NCBI RefSeq assembly: GCF_018977255.1
Contig: NW_024704743.1
Coordinates: 40,054,001 to 40,118,000 of the forward strand
Direction: 5' to 3'
Length of the DNA: 64,000 nucleotides
DNA from: Callorhinchus milii
Lineage: Eukaryota
The notes below the pieces were generated by a model. The model ran no database searches. It had not been told where the DNA came from and was given only the letters and a program-made list of their open reading frames with translations. Positions 13,021 through 27,169 of the stretch are shown piece after piece; position 1 is the first letter of the stretch; the number at the start of each line of letters is the position of its first letter. The position numbers and the translations under genes were made by a program.

Positions 13021-13420
13021 AATAATATTAATAATCCTTGCGCCTAATCACATTGCTGAGACGTCTCAAAACGCTTCACAGAATTTACTCTAAAGTGAAT
13101 TGACTGTGCACTTTGTAGGTGAAACGTGGCAGCCAATTTTGCACAGCAGTGTCCCATAAACTGTCATGGATTGACTGACCAATTTTTTTTGAGGGATTAT
13201 TACCCCCTGAAAGTGATCCACCAATCGACTTAACAACAACAACAAATGACATAGATATACCGCCTTTCACGTTGGGAGGACCTCCCAAGGTGCTGGACAG
13301 TCAGGGGTTCAACAACTCGGTTTCCACTTACTGCTGAGTAAACAGAGGTGGATCGAGTAAGGAAACTTGCCGAAGGTTTCTCCCTGCCCGGGAATCAAAC
13401 CCAGGTTCTCCTGCTTGCCA
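13021..13420 (-). mobile_element. tRNA-Ala-derived SINE (family A) interrupted by an L2 tail fragment at 13232-13310
   Basis: The SINE body is collinear on both sides of a ~79-bp insert flanked by AACAAC. Confidence 0.85.
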
Positions 13421-14019
13421 TAATATGCAACCTTGGTCATTTTTACATGTCAGAAACACTTATTTTTTGTGACAGAATATAATGCAGTCTTGAGTGAGTT
13501 GTGTGTCACTTGTACAATGAATCGTCTCAGAATTCAAATAAATGATAAACTTATCAGGCGATTGAAAGACTGGATAAAAGACATAACCTTTACACTTCCA
13601 TCAGCAATGGACAAAAGATATTTGAGGCATTTTCCTTCAGTCATCAAGATAATAACATTTAAAGCCATTTGTGCCAACTGTATTGATTAAAATGAATGGT
13701 ACCACACAAAATGCAAAACTTTCAACTCAGATTAAATGCTGAGAGCGTCATTTAGAATCAAACTGAACATGTAATGCAAATTCATTGAAATATATAGACC
13801 AGTATTTATTTTCTTCTTGTTCATTTTCTCAGGTTAACTTTTGAGATTTTTACTGAGGTTACTGAAGATGTTCTTCCTCTCCTTTCTGGGTCATTTTCTG
13901 TGCTCCAAAGGGAAGAGATTAAAATATTAGTACGTGGGAAATGAAACACTTTTGCCAATAGAATGACAGATCAAGGACATTTTGTGCTATGAGTCTATGA
14001 TTAAATGTATGGGCAGAAT

Positions 14020-14275
14020 TTTGCATGAGATAGGGATGGAGGCAGACGAGATGGCAAAAGTGAAAAAAAGTGACCTTGTTTATGAATATGAAGAAGTAAA
14101 GAGAGTTGCAAAGGTTTTACACTCATCGTGTGAGTCGAGGGAGTTGAGGAGATCAGAGTCAGAGACAGAACTGAGATTGATGGCTTCCCTCTTGCCCATA
14201 TTGATCTGCAAAAAGTTGAGGCTCATCCAAGTCCTTGATGTCAGCAATTTCAATGCTTCCAGTGGTTCCCGGATA
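14020..14275 (-). mobile_element. Old L2 LINE ORF2 fragment
   Basis: The minus frame gives RTWMSLNFLQINMGKREAI, matching WMSANFLQLNVDKTEAI of the L2 at 28500. Confidence 0.7.
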
Positions 14276-15299
14276 TCCTGCCTACAGGGCAGATGGGCAT
14301 TCAAGGAACTGAAGTCTACTGTAAAGGTAAGATGAACAAAACCGGATGCTGTATGCAGCAGTGGGTTAATTTAAGATCACATTTTGCAATTGCGTTGCAG
14401 AAATTGATAACTCTGCATTCTTTCTTCTCAGAGGAAGAAGGCAGCAGTGTTGAGGGGAAAGGTGGAGGGTCGCACCTCATACAATGGCATATGTCATAGC
14501 TAATCACAATTCAGGAGGACATAGGGGAGCTTGAGGTTGCCTTGAGGTACGAAACATAAGGTGCAATATTACTAATCATTGTTTAGAGATAAGACATTAA
14601 GCTGTGCCTGGACTGCATCATGAACTTCAAATGAGTAAGTCTGCTTTGTTAATGAAGGTTGCCCATGTGCTAACTCATTTGTTTCTTTCAGTCTCCCTGC
14701 CGCCACCAGTACGTGTTCAATCTATTCTCCTGTCTGTAAGCGGCAGAAAAAACAGCAGAAAAGGAAACCTAGGGGAAAGATGGCTCTCAACATCATTCTC
14801 ATCTTAATAGCTTCCATCCAAGAGGCCAACCCGACAGCAAGTGGTACAATTGTACAGCACCAGATCAAGGCACTACTGTTGGCCAGGTAGATGATGGCAG
14901 CACGTAGCACAACAGAGGTCAAATGTGTAGAAAGCCATTTCATCCATTTCTTTGGAAGGTGAGAAGTGCCACTGTACATTGAGACAAATTAATCCGATAT
15001 TGCCTTATTGCCTCCAAAAATAGTTCAAACGACTTAAAAGAATTTTGCACATCTACTCACTTATATCATTAAATTTTACTTTCCAAATTATACCACCAAT
15101 CTTATATTTGTCATGTGTTTCTGCATTGCCATCATTATCAAAAGTATGGCCTGAAGATTTCTATCGATTTACAGTGCACAGAATTGTCACCCAAAAGTCT
15201 GGGGAAATAGAGTTTGGGCTCAGCCTCAGGAGAGATGATGGGGTCGAACAAATGCAGCGGAGAAAAAAAATCTAATCACAAAATGAATATTGGTTACAT

Positions 15300-15880
15300 T
15301 TTGAAGTGAAGTGCAATGACTATGTATTTGTAGATGAGCCCAGCAGCCAATTTGCGCACAGCAATGTCCCACAACAGCCAAGAAGTGAGTGACATTTTAT
15401 TTGAGGAATTGTTGGCCGCTACACAGGGAGAGATTCCCTGTCTTCTCTTTTTGAAAGGTACCATGGGATCTTTAAAATCCAGCTGAACAGACCGAGGAGC
15501 TTCCTCTTAATGGATCATCTCAAAAGACGACACCTTCAACAATGCAATACACCTCCAGCACTGCATTGGAGTGTCAGCCTAGACTGTGCGTTCAAAGCGT
15601 GGCAAAAGAATGGCAGCAAATTACAGAAATGCAACAGTAAATACAATACAATTTTATACTGTTTTTCATGTCAGAAAACCTTTACTAAAGCATCCACCTG
15701 AACAGGCAGGCAGGACCTCAGGTTTAACATCTCATCTGATGGCACTTCTAAGAATGCAGTACTGTCCGAGTACTGAATTGGACTGTCATCCTAGGCTATA
15801 TGAGCCCAAAGTCACAAGGTGGGACTTGAACCCACAACCTTCTGACTTAGAGGCAAGAGTGCTAGCAACTGAGCCAGACA
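15300..15880 (-). mobile_element. DeuSINE-like SINE (family B), two overlapping partial copies (~15300-15590 and ~15690-15880)
   Basis: The core segment ATCCA(G/C)CTGAACAG...CATCTCA...GTCA(G/T)CCTAG occurs twice; the head is at 15820-15880. Confidence 0.75.
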
Positions 15881-16204
15881 TAAAGTGGTAGAAATTCCGC
15901 CTGAGTCTAGATTTATGTAGATTATGTAGATTCCAGTGTAGACACAATTTAGCAAATTCTGAAATAGTTTTAATTTTGTAACTACTAAAAGTTATATAAT
16001 ACCTTCAAAAAAGCCTCTTCAAAATGAAGACTGATTACAACCATTTGCCAAGTTCTGGGTGCACTAAATTGCCACCTAAATAAAATAAACCTAGAACCCC
16101 TGCATTATACACAGTGGTGTGCCGTGCAATTAACAAGCGATGAACCATATTGTGATGGCTGAAAATTGTAAATAAAATGACAAGCATATAGAATATAGAA
16201 ATAA

Positions 16205-16350
16205 AAAAATAACAACAACTTGCATTTATATAGCGCCCTCCATGCAGGGTAGCTTCACGGAGTGCTTGACAGTGGCGGAGACTGACACGTGGCCAGGGAG
16301 AGAGGGAGGTGACCGCAAGCACAATCATTAAGGAAGGTCTTTAGGGAGGA
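16205..16350 (-). mobile_element. L2 LINE 3' end fragment
   Basis: AACAACAACTTGCATTTATATAGCGCCCTC tail and GGTGACCGCAAGCACAATC, homologous to the L2 end at 29220-29350. Confidence 0.75.
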
Positions 16351-17323
16351 AGTAAGGTCTTTTTCCTGCCTAAAGATCTCAAGTGCATAGTTAAGACCCT
16401 ATGTGGACTATTCCACTCAAGATATTAAGCTAGTGTTCTTCAGTCTCAATACATTTTGAAGGATAATTACAGAATGCACTTGATGATAGTCAGCCAGGGG
16501 CACTTACATTTGTTGTATATTATTAGACGCATCATCTAAAGTGTTTCCTTGCATTGATGTCTTATATACAACATGGGGCAGTAGATATTAGAAGTGATCA
16601 AGAAAGCAAATGGGTAACAAGGGAAGTCATGGTGGAATTGTATAATATGTTTGATCCTATATACTAGATCCACTACTTACTTTTTGGGAATATTTGGGTA
16701 TGCTGGAAGCGCAAGATCAAATGGGCCAAATAACTTTCTGAGTCCGGATCACTCTTGTGATGTGATGCTGATGTACAGATACGGAAGATGCTGGGGACTT
16801 GATATTGCTGTTGTGACTCCAACCAGGATATGGGTTTCACTGAAGATGTATAAGGCAGCAAATATACCAAGCTCATCACAGATGGTTTTCGTAATACTCA
16901 TACACCCATGCAGCATATTTTGAAAAAATGAATGTTAACATTTATTTGTTTAGGGGCGATCAAGCCCCTGAGGAAAGAGCAAAAGCAGAAGGCTAGCGGG
17001 TTGCTGAAAAAAGTTAACTGAGGTTCCCCTTATGACTTCCTTCTATGTGAAATATTTGTATATTTTTATGTAATACTGCACAGGAACAGAACTGAAAACT
17101 TGAATCAATTTCCAACGAATTATCTGTAACCCACTGAACAATTACCAGTTGCTCAGAATTCTCTCAACCTATTTGATTTTCAGTACAGCTCGAATACTAC
17201 ATCAAAAATTATTTTGAGCTATGGATACCCTCTACAATCACTTTATATGAATATGTGTTAAAAAGACCAATTATAAATACAGGCATTTTACTTCTACATC
17301 CATACTTTCACAAACTCTGTTGG

Positions 17324-17692
17324 AATAATGATAATCCTTGCATTCAATATAGCACCTGATCACATCATCTAGACGTCTCAAAGCATGTCACAGAATATAC
17401 TGTAAAGTGAATTGACTTGTATATTTTGTAGGGGGAAACGGGGTAGCCAATCGCTCGCTGCAGTGTTCCACAAACAGTCGTGGATTGGGTTTTCAATTTA
17501 TTATTATTTTTTGAAGGAATTATTACCCTCGGAAAATCCGCCAATCAACTAACAACCAGGTTCCTACTTGCTGCTGGGTACGCAGAGGCATGTGGTGTAA
17601 AGAAACTTGCCCAGTGTTTTGCCCTATTGGGAATTAAACCCAGGTCTCTCAATTGCAAAGCAAGTACTCTAACCACTGAGCTACAGGACTTC
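17324..17692 (-). mobile_element. tRNA-Ala-derived SINE (family A), full-length long form
   Basis: Head with TGC anticodon, full middle segment, Deu-like core and L2-type tail. Confidence 0.92.
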
Positions 17693-18339
17693 AAGTAATA
17701 ATATTTTATCCACATTATATTACAAACTATTTTTTCTTCTAGTATTTGAGTGTCTGCCTGGTTCATTTGTTAGCACTTAACACCCTTGTATTTGATCACT
17801 TTTAAAAAAAAATTAACACGCTGCTTTTTTTCTTACAAACAAAGCACTTAACAACTGGCTAGGTTACTAGGTGGAGTGTATAGAGTAGGATGTGGGACTC
17901 CTTTCAGAAATAACTAGATTCTGTAATGGAAAGATGGTGGAGTGGGTATTCTGGAAGAATGAGATTAAATGGACTGAAAGGCTTTCTTCATTATCAACAG
18001 ATGTGTAATCTTGTGAAGTAGAGAGTTAGAGCAGCATGTTTTGTTGCAGTGTTCTTTGTAGCATATATAGGAGAAGCTTTGCTGGAAGGTACCATGTTTG
18101 CTTTCAGAAATGTTGAAAATAATAAACCCATATTTGCTTCTGACAGTATCTGTTCTTACACTATGAAACAATTTATTAGAATAGGACAATTTTCATTTCC
18201 AATCTTCTCTTCCAGATATAATTTGTCCTCACTTTTCCCACAATGCATTCAAACACTCACAACCCCATTCACCTGAGTGTGAGAGATCCAGACTTTGGCT
18301 GCTGCCTTTTCAGAATGCCAATACTTCAATCCCTTTGCC

Positions 18340-18495
18340 TGACCCCTCTCTCCCCATTTTCAGGTCATGCTTCAAGACCTTCCTCTTTGACTGTACCTTC
18401 CCCCTCCCCCTGTCAGCAGCAGGCTCTGCCACTGTTAAGTGTCCCGAGACGCTCTCCGGCGTGAAGCGTGCTATATAAATGCAAGTCGTTATTGC
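18340..18495 (+). mobile_element. L2 LINE 3' end fragment
   Basis: TTCAAGACCTTCCTCTTTGAC...GCTATATAAATGCAAGTCGTT, matching the other L2 ends. Confidence 0.8.
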
Positions 18496-19099
18496 TGATA
18501 AAATAAGGCAATGTGAAACGCTGTCATCTTTTGCTTCCACTGAAATCCATCACTACAACAAGGCAATCCATCTTGCAGCCCAGCCAAGAATTAATGAAAT
18601 CCATCCTAACCTTGGCAGATGATTCAAGTGTTCAATATCTGTGGTGCTTAAACCCATCATTATCCCATTGGGAACCAGATATCATGACTGCAATGTTCTA
18701 GGATAGAATTTAGAATAATTTGAGAAAGTTGTCAGTAGTATGATGTCCCTGTTATTATAGTATTTACTGATATCTGACTCTCAGTCTCCAGAGGAACAAC
18801 GCTAGAAGATTGTCAAACATTTATGTGCCTTTACTAATACTTTCCAAATTTATTTCTTAGAATTCATGTTTAGTAATGAGGTATTTGCCATCTTGTGAGG
18901 ATACAAGGTTAACAGACAAATTTGATGGTTTGTTAACTATTTAAAAATTCAGTGGGATCTCACAGCCATTTTACACTGGAGCTCTATTAACTCTTCCATT
19001 CCCTCTGCCCCAGAGGAAAAGAACAGAAAATGGTATTCGGATAACAAAAGTACTGAAGGCAATTATATATTCCTAAAGTAAATTTTCTGGGATGACATG

Positions 19100-19410
19100 A
19101 TCTACCAGCTTCAGCAACCATTTGGAAAAAGATGTAAAGGAGAACAATAACAACTTTTTCAGTTATGTTAGAGTAAAAGAAAAATGAGGGATGGAATAGA
19201 GACATTGAAGGTGGGATTGGGTGAGGATATGACAAATAATGCTACACAAGCTGCAGAAGTACTAAATAAGTACTTTGCCTCAGTTTTTAGTAAGGAGGAA
19301 ATGGGAATTTATTGGACCAGAGAGTTGAAGTCCACTGTGGGTAAAAGTTATGGAGACTCTTATTAAAAAATAAGATCATGAAGCATCTGACCAGTAATTA
19401 AATGATAAAT
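19100..19410 (+). mobile_element. CR1 ORF2 piece 1 (pre-RT region)
   Basis: KDVKENNNNFFSYVRVK...AAEVLNKYFASVFSKEE...IKNKIMKHL are CR1 ORF2 motifs; the piece is internally deleted. Confidence 0.8.
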
Positions 19411-19596
19411 TTCACTCTCATACACAATGGCATCCAATACCTTCAAGGCAGCACATCACCCTTTGCCAACCTCTCCATATCCACACAACACCAAATAATA
19501 TCCCTTCCTAGATTTCCCCGACACCCTTCCCCTCTGCCCGAGACACACACCCCTCTCCCCAACAAACTTATCTCTCTGCCCAACCCTCTTCTCACA

Positions 19597-19962
19597 TGGA
19601 GTCTTGTAGCTCAGTGGTTAGAGCACTCATCTCACAAACAAAAGGACCTGGGTTTGATTTACAGTCACTTCAATCTACAACTGTTTGTGGGACCCTGCTC
19701 TACAATTGGCTACTGCATCGCACCCACAAAATATACAGTCAATTCACTTTACAGTATATTCTGTGAAGCACTTTGCAACATCGCAAAGATGTGATAAAGT
19801 GCTATATCAAATGCAAGGATAATTATTATTATAACCTTAGGCAAGTTTCCTTACTCCACACACGGCTTTGTTTACCTAGCAGTAAGTAGAAACCTGCTTG
19901 TTAGTCACTTGGCCGATCACTTTTCCAAGGGTAATAATCCCTCCAAAATAATAATAAGAATG
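19597..19962 (+). mobile_element. Permuted family A SINE (head-tail-middle order)
   Basis: Head 19597-19661, 3' part 19664-19832 ending in (ATT)n, then the missing middle segment at 19833-19962. Confidence 0.85.
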
Positions 19963-19965
19963 TGG

Positions 19966-20480
19966 CTAATATGGGTTTATGAGTGTGAGATCTTTGCAAA
20001 CTCATTTACTGTTTTTCTTTAAATGTGTGACAAAGGAGCTTGATAACGGTAAGGCAGTGGATGTTGTATACTTGGATTTCAGTAAGGCCTTTGCTACAGT
20101 TCCTCATGAAAGGATGGTACTGAAAATAAAGAAAGCAGGAATCAGAGGAAGTATCTTGCAATGGATACATAATTGGCTACCGATAGAACTCAGGAGGTGG
20201 TGGTACAGGGAATGTCATCAGGGAAGGAGAATGCTACCAGTGGAGTTCCACAAAGGTCTGCTTTGGGACCTCTTTTGTTTAACATCTTCATAAATGACCT
20301 AGATCTTAGAGTCACAAGCACAGCGGCTAAATTTGCAGATGACACAAAACTAATGAAGGTGGTGAATAATATAGGTTACAGTAGGATTTGAACATTCTTG
20401 GGAATTGGGCAGATCGATGGAAGATTAAATTTACTGTAGAGAAATGCAGAATGCTTCACAAAAATCCAGGAAGGGACAAT
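19966..20480 (+). mobile_element. CR1 ORF2 piece 2 (reverse transcriptase core)
   Basis: [48 protein letters not shown] and WADRWKIKFTVEKCRMLH; frameshifted. Confidence 0.93.
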
Positions 20481-20483
20481 TTA

Positions 20484-21711
<1,228 letters not shown>

Positions 21712-22335
21712 TGAAAGAAGGAGCAATTTGTTTGAAACCTTAATAGAAGAATTATAGTAGGCACCAGCCTAGCTGTTTGACTGCTTACTAAATGTATTTG
21801 AAGAGCACTTCTGCACTCCTAGGCATCTCATTTCTTTAACGTCTTATTCTTTGCTTGTAACCTTTTTTCCCTTACTATTTTGTGATGATGATCATAAACT
21901 AGAGCATTTAGCTTCCAATGTACTGCTGAAGGGTGCAACTGTCCCATTACAATGCGACAAAACAGTCTCCATCAAACCTCTTGAGCCTGTATGATGATCA
22001 ATATTTTAGCACAAAATTTGAAGTTTTAGGCTCAATTCAAATTATTCCAAAGGCTTCTTTTGCGCTTTTTTTTAAAAACAAGTCTTCTTGAGTGGCAGAG
22101 TTATGGGATATTTTGGTTTTCAGAAAGCATTGAAGACCATATAATAAATGAAGTGTATCACCTTTTAAATCAACCCAAATCAGCAACCCAAATGATGCAG
22201 CTGTGAATACCGTTGTGTCACCAAAAGAATGTGAATGGTCTTGTGACAAGGCATCTCAGTTCATGTCACCTTCATGCAATGCAATGATCAGCCTTATTCG
22301 TACATCTTCTAGATTGACAGCACTGGACACTAGAA

Positions 22336-22549
22336 GGGTGATCACCCCTTCAAAAAATAATGGTGATGGTAATAATTTGGTCACTCACTCCACGATTGTC
22401 TGTGGAATACTGCGGTAAGCGATTGGCTGCTGCGTTTCACCCATAAAATATACAGTCAATTCACTTTGCAGTGTATTCTATGAAGTGCTTTTAGATGTCA
22501 CCAAGACATGATAAGGCGCTATATGAAATGCAGGGATTATTATTATTAT
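22336..22549 (+). mobile_element. 5'-truncated family A SINE ending in (ATT)n
   Basis: Starts in the SINE middle (GGGTGATCACCCCTTCAAAAAATAA), then Deu-like core and tail GGCGCTATATGAAATGCAGGGATTATTATTATT. Confidence 0.88.
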
Positions 22550-23302
22550 GTATTAATAAATGGTAAGAAAATAATCTGTTCAGAAAATGAAAAGGACCTG
22601 GGGATCCTGATTGATAATACATTGAAATTATCTCAACAGTGCTCGGTATCAGTGAGTAAACCAAACCAGATGCTGGGCTTTATTAAAAAGGTAATATTGA
22701 GCCGAAATAGTGGGATAATCCTACCACTTGATAAATAACTGGTGTGACCGCACTTTAAATACTATGTGCAGTTCTGGTCACCACAATATAAAAGGATATT
22801 GCAGTGATTGCGAGAATACAGAGGAAGGCAACCAAAATGATTGAGGGGATGGAGGGACTGGATTACAAGGAGCAGTTAGATAAACTGGGCATGTTCACAC
22901 TGGAGAAGAGCAAGTTGAGGGGCGATATGATTGTGGTCTTTAAGTTTCTGATGGGAATAGATAATGTAGACCATAATAAGCTGTTTTATCTTGTACTGAA
23001 CAGTAGAACCAGAGGACTCGGCCTGCGATTGAAGGCGGGTAAATACAGCACAAATTTGTGGAAACACTTTCAGTGAGCAAGGAGTAAACTTATGGAACAG
23101 GCTCCTGAGGGAGACAATGGAAGCAGATGATTTCCTTTGTTTCAAGAGTAAATTAGATAGATTTCTGCTTGAAAATAATATTACAGGATACAGTAAATAG
23201 TTTAGTTTGGAACACAACATGTCAAGCAACTGCAAGGATGGTGGAAGGCAAACTAGATGAACCTTGGTCTTCTGTTGCCTAGCAAATTCTTATGTTCTTA
23301 TG
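22549..23302 (+). mobile_element. CR1 ORF2 piece 3 and 3'UTR
   Basis: NGKKIICSENEKDLGILIDNTLKLSQQC...RIQRKATKMIEGMEGLDYKEQLDKLGMFTLEKSKLRGDMIVVFK...RTRG; the element ends TTCTTATGTTCTTATG. Confidence 0.93.
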
Positions 23303-24984
23303 ATTGTTCCACCAATTGTCAATGGTATTGTACTCACTTTATTGTATTCTTCCACCCACCTTGTTTCTGCAACACTACCAGTCGTTTCTACCTTCAAAAC
23401 ATCACAAGACACTGCCTTGGGCTATTTTCTTTTGACGTGAGGGGACACAGAAAGAGGAGAAGGAAATAAGCTCAAGCAATCTCTTTCTATTTTTGATAAA
23501 ACTAACAATAATGGCTCTAAATAATTTAAGTTACAATGTTCTTGCTTCCTCCATTTGCTTTCTCCAGATCAAACAATGAACTTACAGAGAGATTTAGTGC
23601 AACCCAATCAAAATTTTAGTGCAGAATCCTTCCAACAGAATCTTTAGTTTCAAACTTCTGACGTTCCAGCTGCCTTGCTGCACAGTCAGCACGTGTTTGC
23701 ATCAGGGTCAGAAGATAATGAAGGCAGCACACCAACTATTCCTTTGTTAATAGCAACTATTGAGAAAATGAGAACAGCGAAGAGTATACTTTGCTTTTTA
23801 ATACAACCTTATGTATGAAAATGCATTAAAATAAGATATATCTCTCTTTTACACAGAGGAGGTTTAGATTGTATCACAAGTTAAGATATGCACTGCACTG
23901 CAATTTACCAACCTCAAGCCTGCAAACAAAATATAAGGTGTCTTTATAAAATTATCTTATTTATCCAGTGAAAACAGCTCAGTTGGGCAATGCAGAGCAG
24001 AAAGTTTCCCGAAGCTACCTAATTTACTTTGGTGATTGTCATCTCTGAGGCCATTCAGCTGAATTAATGAACACGACCCAAGTGCAACATGTTCTTTACG
24101 AAGAGTTACTTCTAAGAGCCTGTAATGGACTTGTTACAAAGGATGGATTCCTTACTGCAAATAATTAATCTTAAATGTGGGAAGGTGAATATAAGATCAC
24201 TGTTAGTGAATACAATGTTCTCAAATTCAGTCCAAAACCTATTAGTGCATACTGTTATGTTCAACATGACTAGTATGGATGCTTCTGATCACCCATAACT
24301 GGTCTCTGCAAAATTATTAATTGATAGATATAAGGGTGAAAATGTGAAATGTAATGTGATAAATAGCTGAAAATTGTAAACAAGTCAGTCAATAATTTTT
24401 GACTTCTCTGTAAGTGTGAACACTTCCAGCCCTTGACTTCAGTCTGAGAGTATTAACTTACCAATGACTTTGGCACAATGGTTGGGTCTGAAGGTGGTCC
24501 AAAGCTTTCTGTGGCTACCATCATTTTTGAGTAACAATTGAATGGAAATCCACTGAACATAACTTATTCTTCGTGCTCAGTATTTATAGAGCTCGCTACA
24601 TACCACATCGAGTATAGTAAGTTGATATATTGGAAACTGCACCTAAAAATTTGGAGTCTACAAGGAGTTATTTGAGTGTCTGGTCTATAAATTACCCATC
24701 AAGTCAAAGCTACAAAGTGGTTCACCGAATTGGTTGCAATGCTATAATCAACAAATACAGTACATGGAATAAAAGCAAAAAGTCCTTGAATAATTAGGCA
24801 CATTATTTTTACTTTGTTGTTGTTCACAATGCACAACACATGTGTAACTTTCAGTAGATAAATGCTGTGGGTAAATAATTAACACAGCAATAACCCTTCC
24901 AATTAAAATCTAACATTTTGCATGGCCAAGTTACGGATATTAGTCATAAGCAGCATAGTCCTAGAATTATTAGAGGAGAATCAT

Positions 24985-25255
24985 GGAACAAGACAAGAAT
25001 CATCATCACTCAGAGGTTGTTGAGGAGTGTGGAATTCATTACTGCAAGTGGTTATTGAGGCTAAATCAAAAGAGCCATTCAGAAGGGAAATGAATAAGCA
25101 ACTGAGTCAAATTAACATTAAGGGATATGTGCAAAGAGCTGCCAAGTGGGATTAATAAAATGGATTTTTAGAAAAAAACAGGTAGCAGTAGTACAGACAT
25201 AAATAATGGATCAAATGGCCTCCTTCTGTGATGAAAATGTTTATGTTTCTATATG
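24985..25255 (+). mobile_element. Old CR1 3' end fragment
   Basis: CACTCAGAGGTTGTTGAGGAGTGTGGAATTCATT...ATGGATCAAATGGCCTCCTTCTGTG resembles 9380-9620. Confidence 0.7.
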
Positions 25256-27169
25256 TTAAGAACATCATGCACCCGAAGCAGTGAAGCAGTCCTAGACAGT
25301 AAGGCTCGCTGCACTTGATCATGAAAGAGACTACTGTGTTAATTTGCATAAAACCATAAAGTCTGGGTGGGCGGGGGGGGGGGGGGGTGGCACAGTTCGC
25401 TTTCATGCAGTTTAAGACAAATTACAAAATGCAAAACAAAAATTCTGCCAAAACAACTACGCCAGTGGTTGCAGGCTGTTTGGTGTTATCCTGATTTCTC
25501 AAGCACTCTGCACTCATATCTTTTTTTTAATCTCACTGTTTTCATGTCTCTCCCAATCGCTTCATTTTTCAGCCGTGCAATTTTCTCTCTGACAGGCAGC
25601 AGCAGATTTGCCACCACTTCTGCCAGAGGAAATACTTCTCATGCCCCTCAGTGACACTTATTCTGTGCTGTGACAATATAAAGAAGAAATTCAATATTCT
25701 AATCTCCACCAAAAGGACTTCATGCACTGCAGTGGATATTTTCTTAGACTGCAGGTGGGGAGATCATTGCAGAGATGTAATGATCTCACATTACTTTTTA
25801 AAAAAAAATAGCTTCCCATTTATTTTTGTTCATTCTGTGTTTCTGAATCCCCACTGACTGCAGACCATAACATGGCCCTAGCAAACTAGGTCTTGGGTTG
25901 TCAGTAGCCAAGGTTAATTAAGTCTCCTTTCAGGTTGGTTTTAGATCCTCCAGCAGTCCTACTGACCCAATATAAGTCTTATTCAGACCTTAATAATGGC
26001 AGTCTGGTGTCAATGAGCATTTTGTTTACGTGCTCATGTTCAATGAAAAAATTAGGTTGTATTATATTGATCATGATATCTACAGCGACATTTCACCAAG
26101 TCATAGCAAAAAGTGACTTCCAGTTATAAATAAAGCCCATTAACTTATCACTGGCTCTTTCACCCAGTTGCTTCTTTGCATGTGTTTCTAATCTGTGGCT
26201 ACTGAGGAAGAGAACCCAAGCTCACAGTAGTTGAAGGGCACATGTAATCTGCTTTCCTCCTCGAAGAATTGCGAAATGCTTCAAGCATATACTTGGCTGG
26301 TGGGTTCTTATAAGAGATATCTCTGTAGAGATCCTTGCAGTGCTTTGCCAGGATCCAGATGGGCAGCATCTGGTAAAAGTTGAGGAGTTGGGGAATATTT
26401 TCATTTATAGAATGTTTGCTCTTCCCAACAGTGAGATGGGTGAGTTGTTCCATCTGTCCATGTCCTCATAAAATAGAGGAGTCAGGAAAGATTTTGCTCA
26501 AAACAAGTTGGATGTTTGGATATCACTGTTGAGCAGAGATGTGAAAGACACATCTATACACAGGAAAAGGCATTTGGTGTTGAGATATTGTGTGAAAAGG
26601 GCCCAACGTGATGTAGCTGAGCGAAAAAAGGAGAGAACTTTGCAGATATCTTTGGGCCACCAATTATACCAATGCAAGATGAGAGGGAGGGAAATGATTG
26701 CCTCTGGCCTTAGCATAATAAATAATATAATCATTGCATTTGTGATAGTGCCTATAACAACATCCCAAAATGCTTCACACATAATTGGCCTGATGCAAAG
26801 ACATTGGAGGACATTTGAGTGCAGCTAAAATGAAGAATTTGTGAAACATCGCTTCAATACTGCCTACAGGATTGAAAAGAATAATTCAGAGGCTGCTGGA
26901 TACCAGGCAAAATGGAGACAAATATAAAAATAGGATCAACCATTATGCTGAAATGAGAGGAAAGGAGGCATTGAATTGCATGGCCAGCCGAGAGATTGAG
27001 AAAATTATTACATTAAAAATGGATAGAAATAAAAATTAAAAATGGATAGAAAATTACCGTGTCTTATAACAGACTTAATAAGTTGTTCAATAATGATTGA
27101 AACTGTTCTAATACGTAAATTTCTTCCGCCATCCCAAAATGTCAAATGGCTTATTATTTAAATAGCCGC

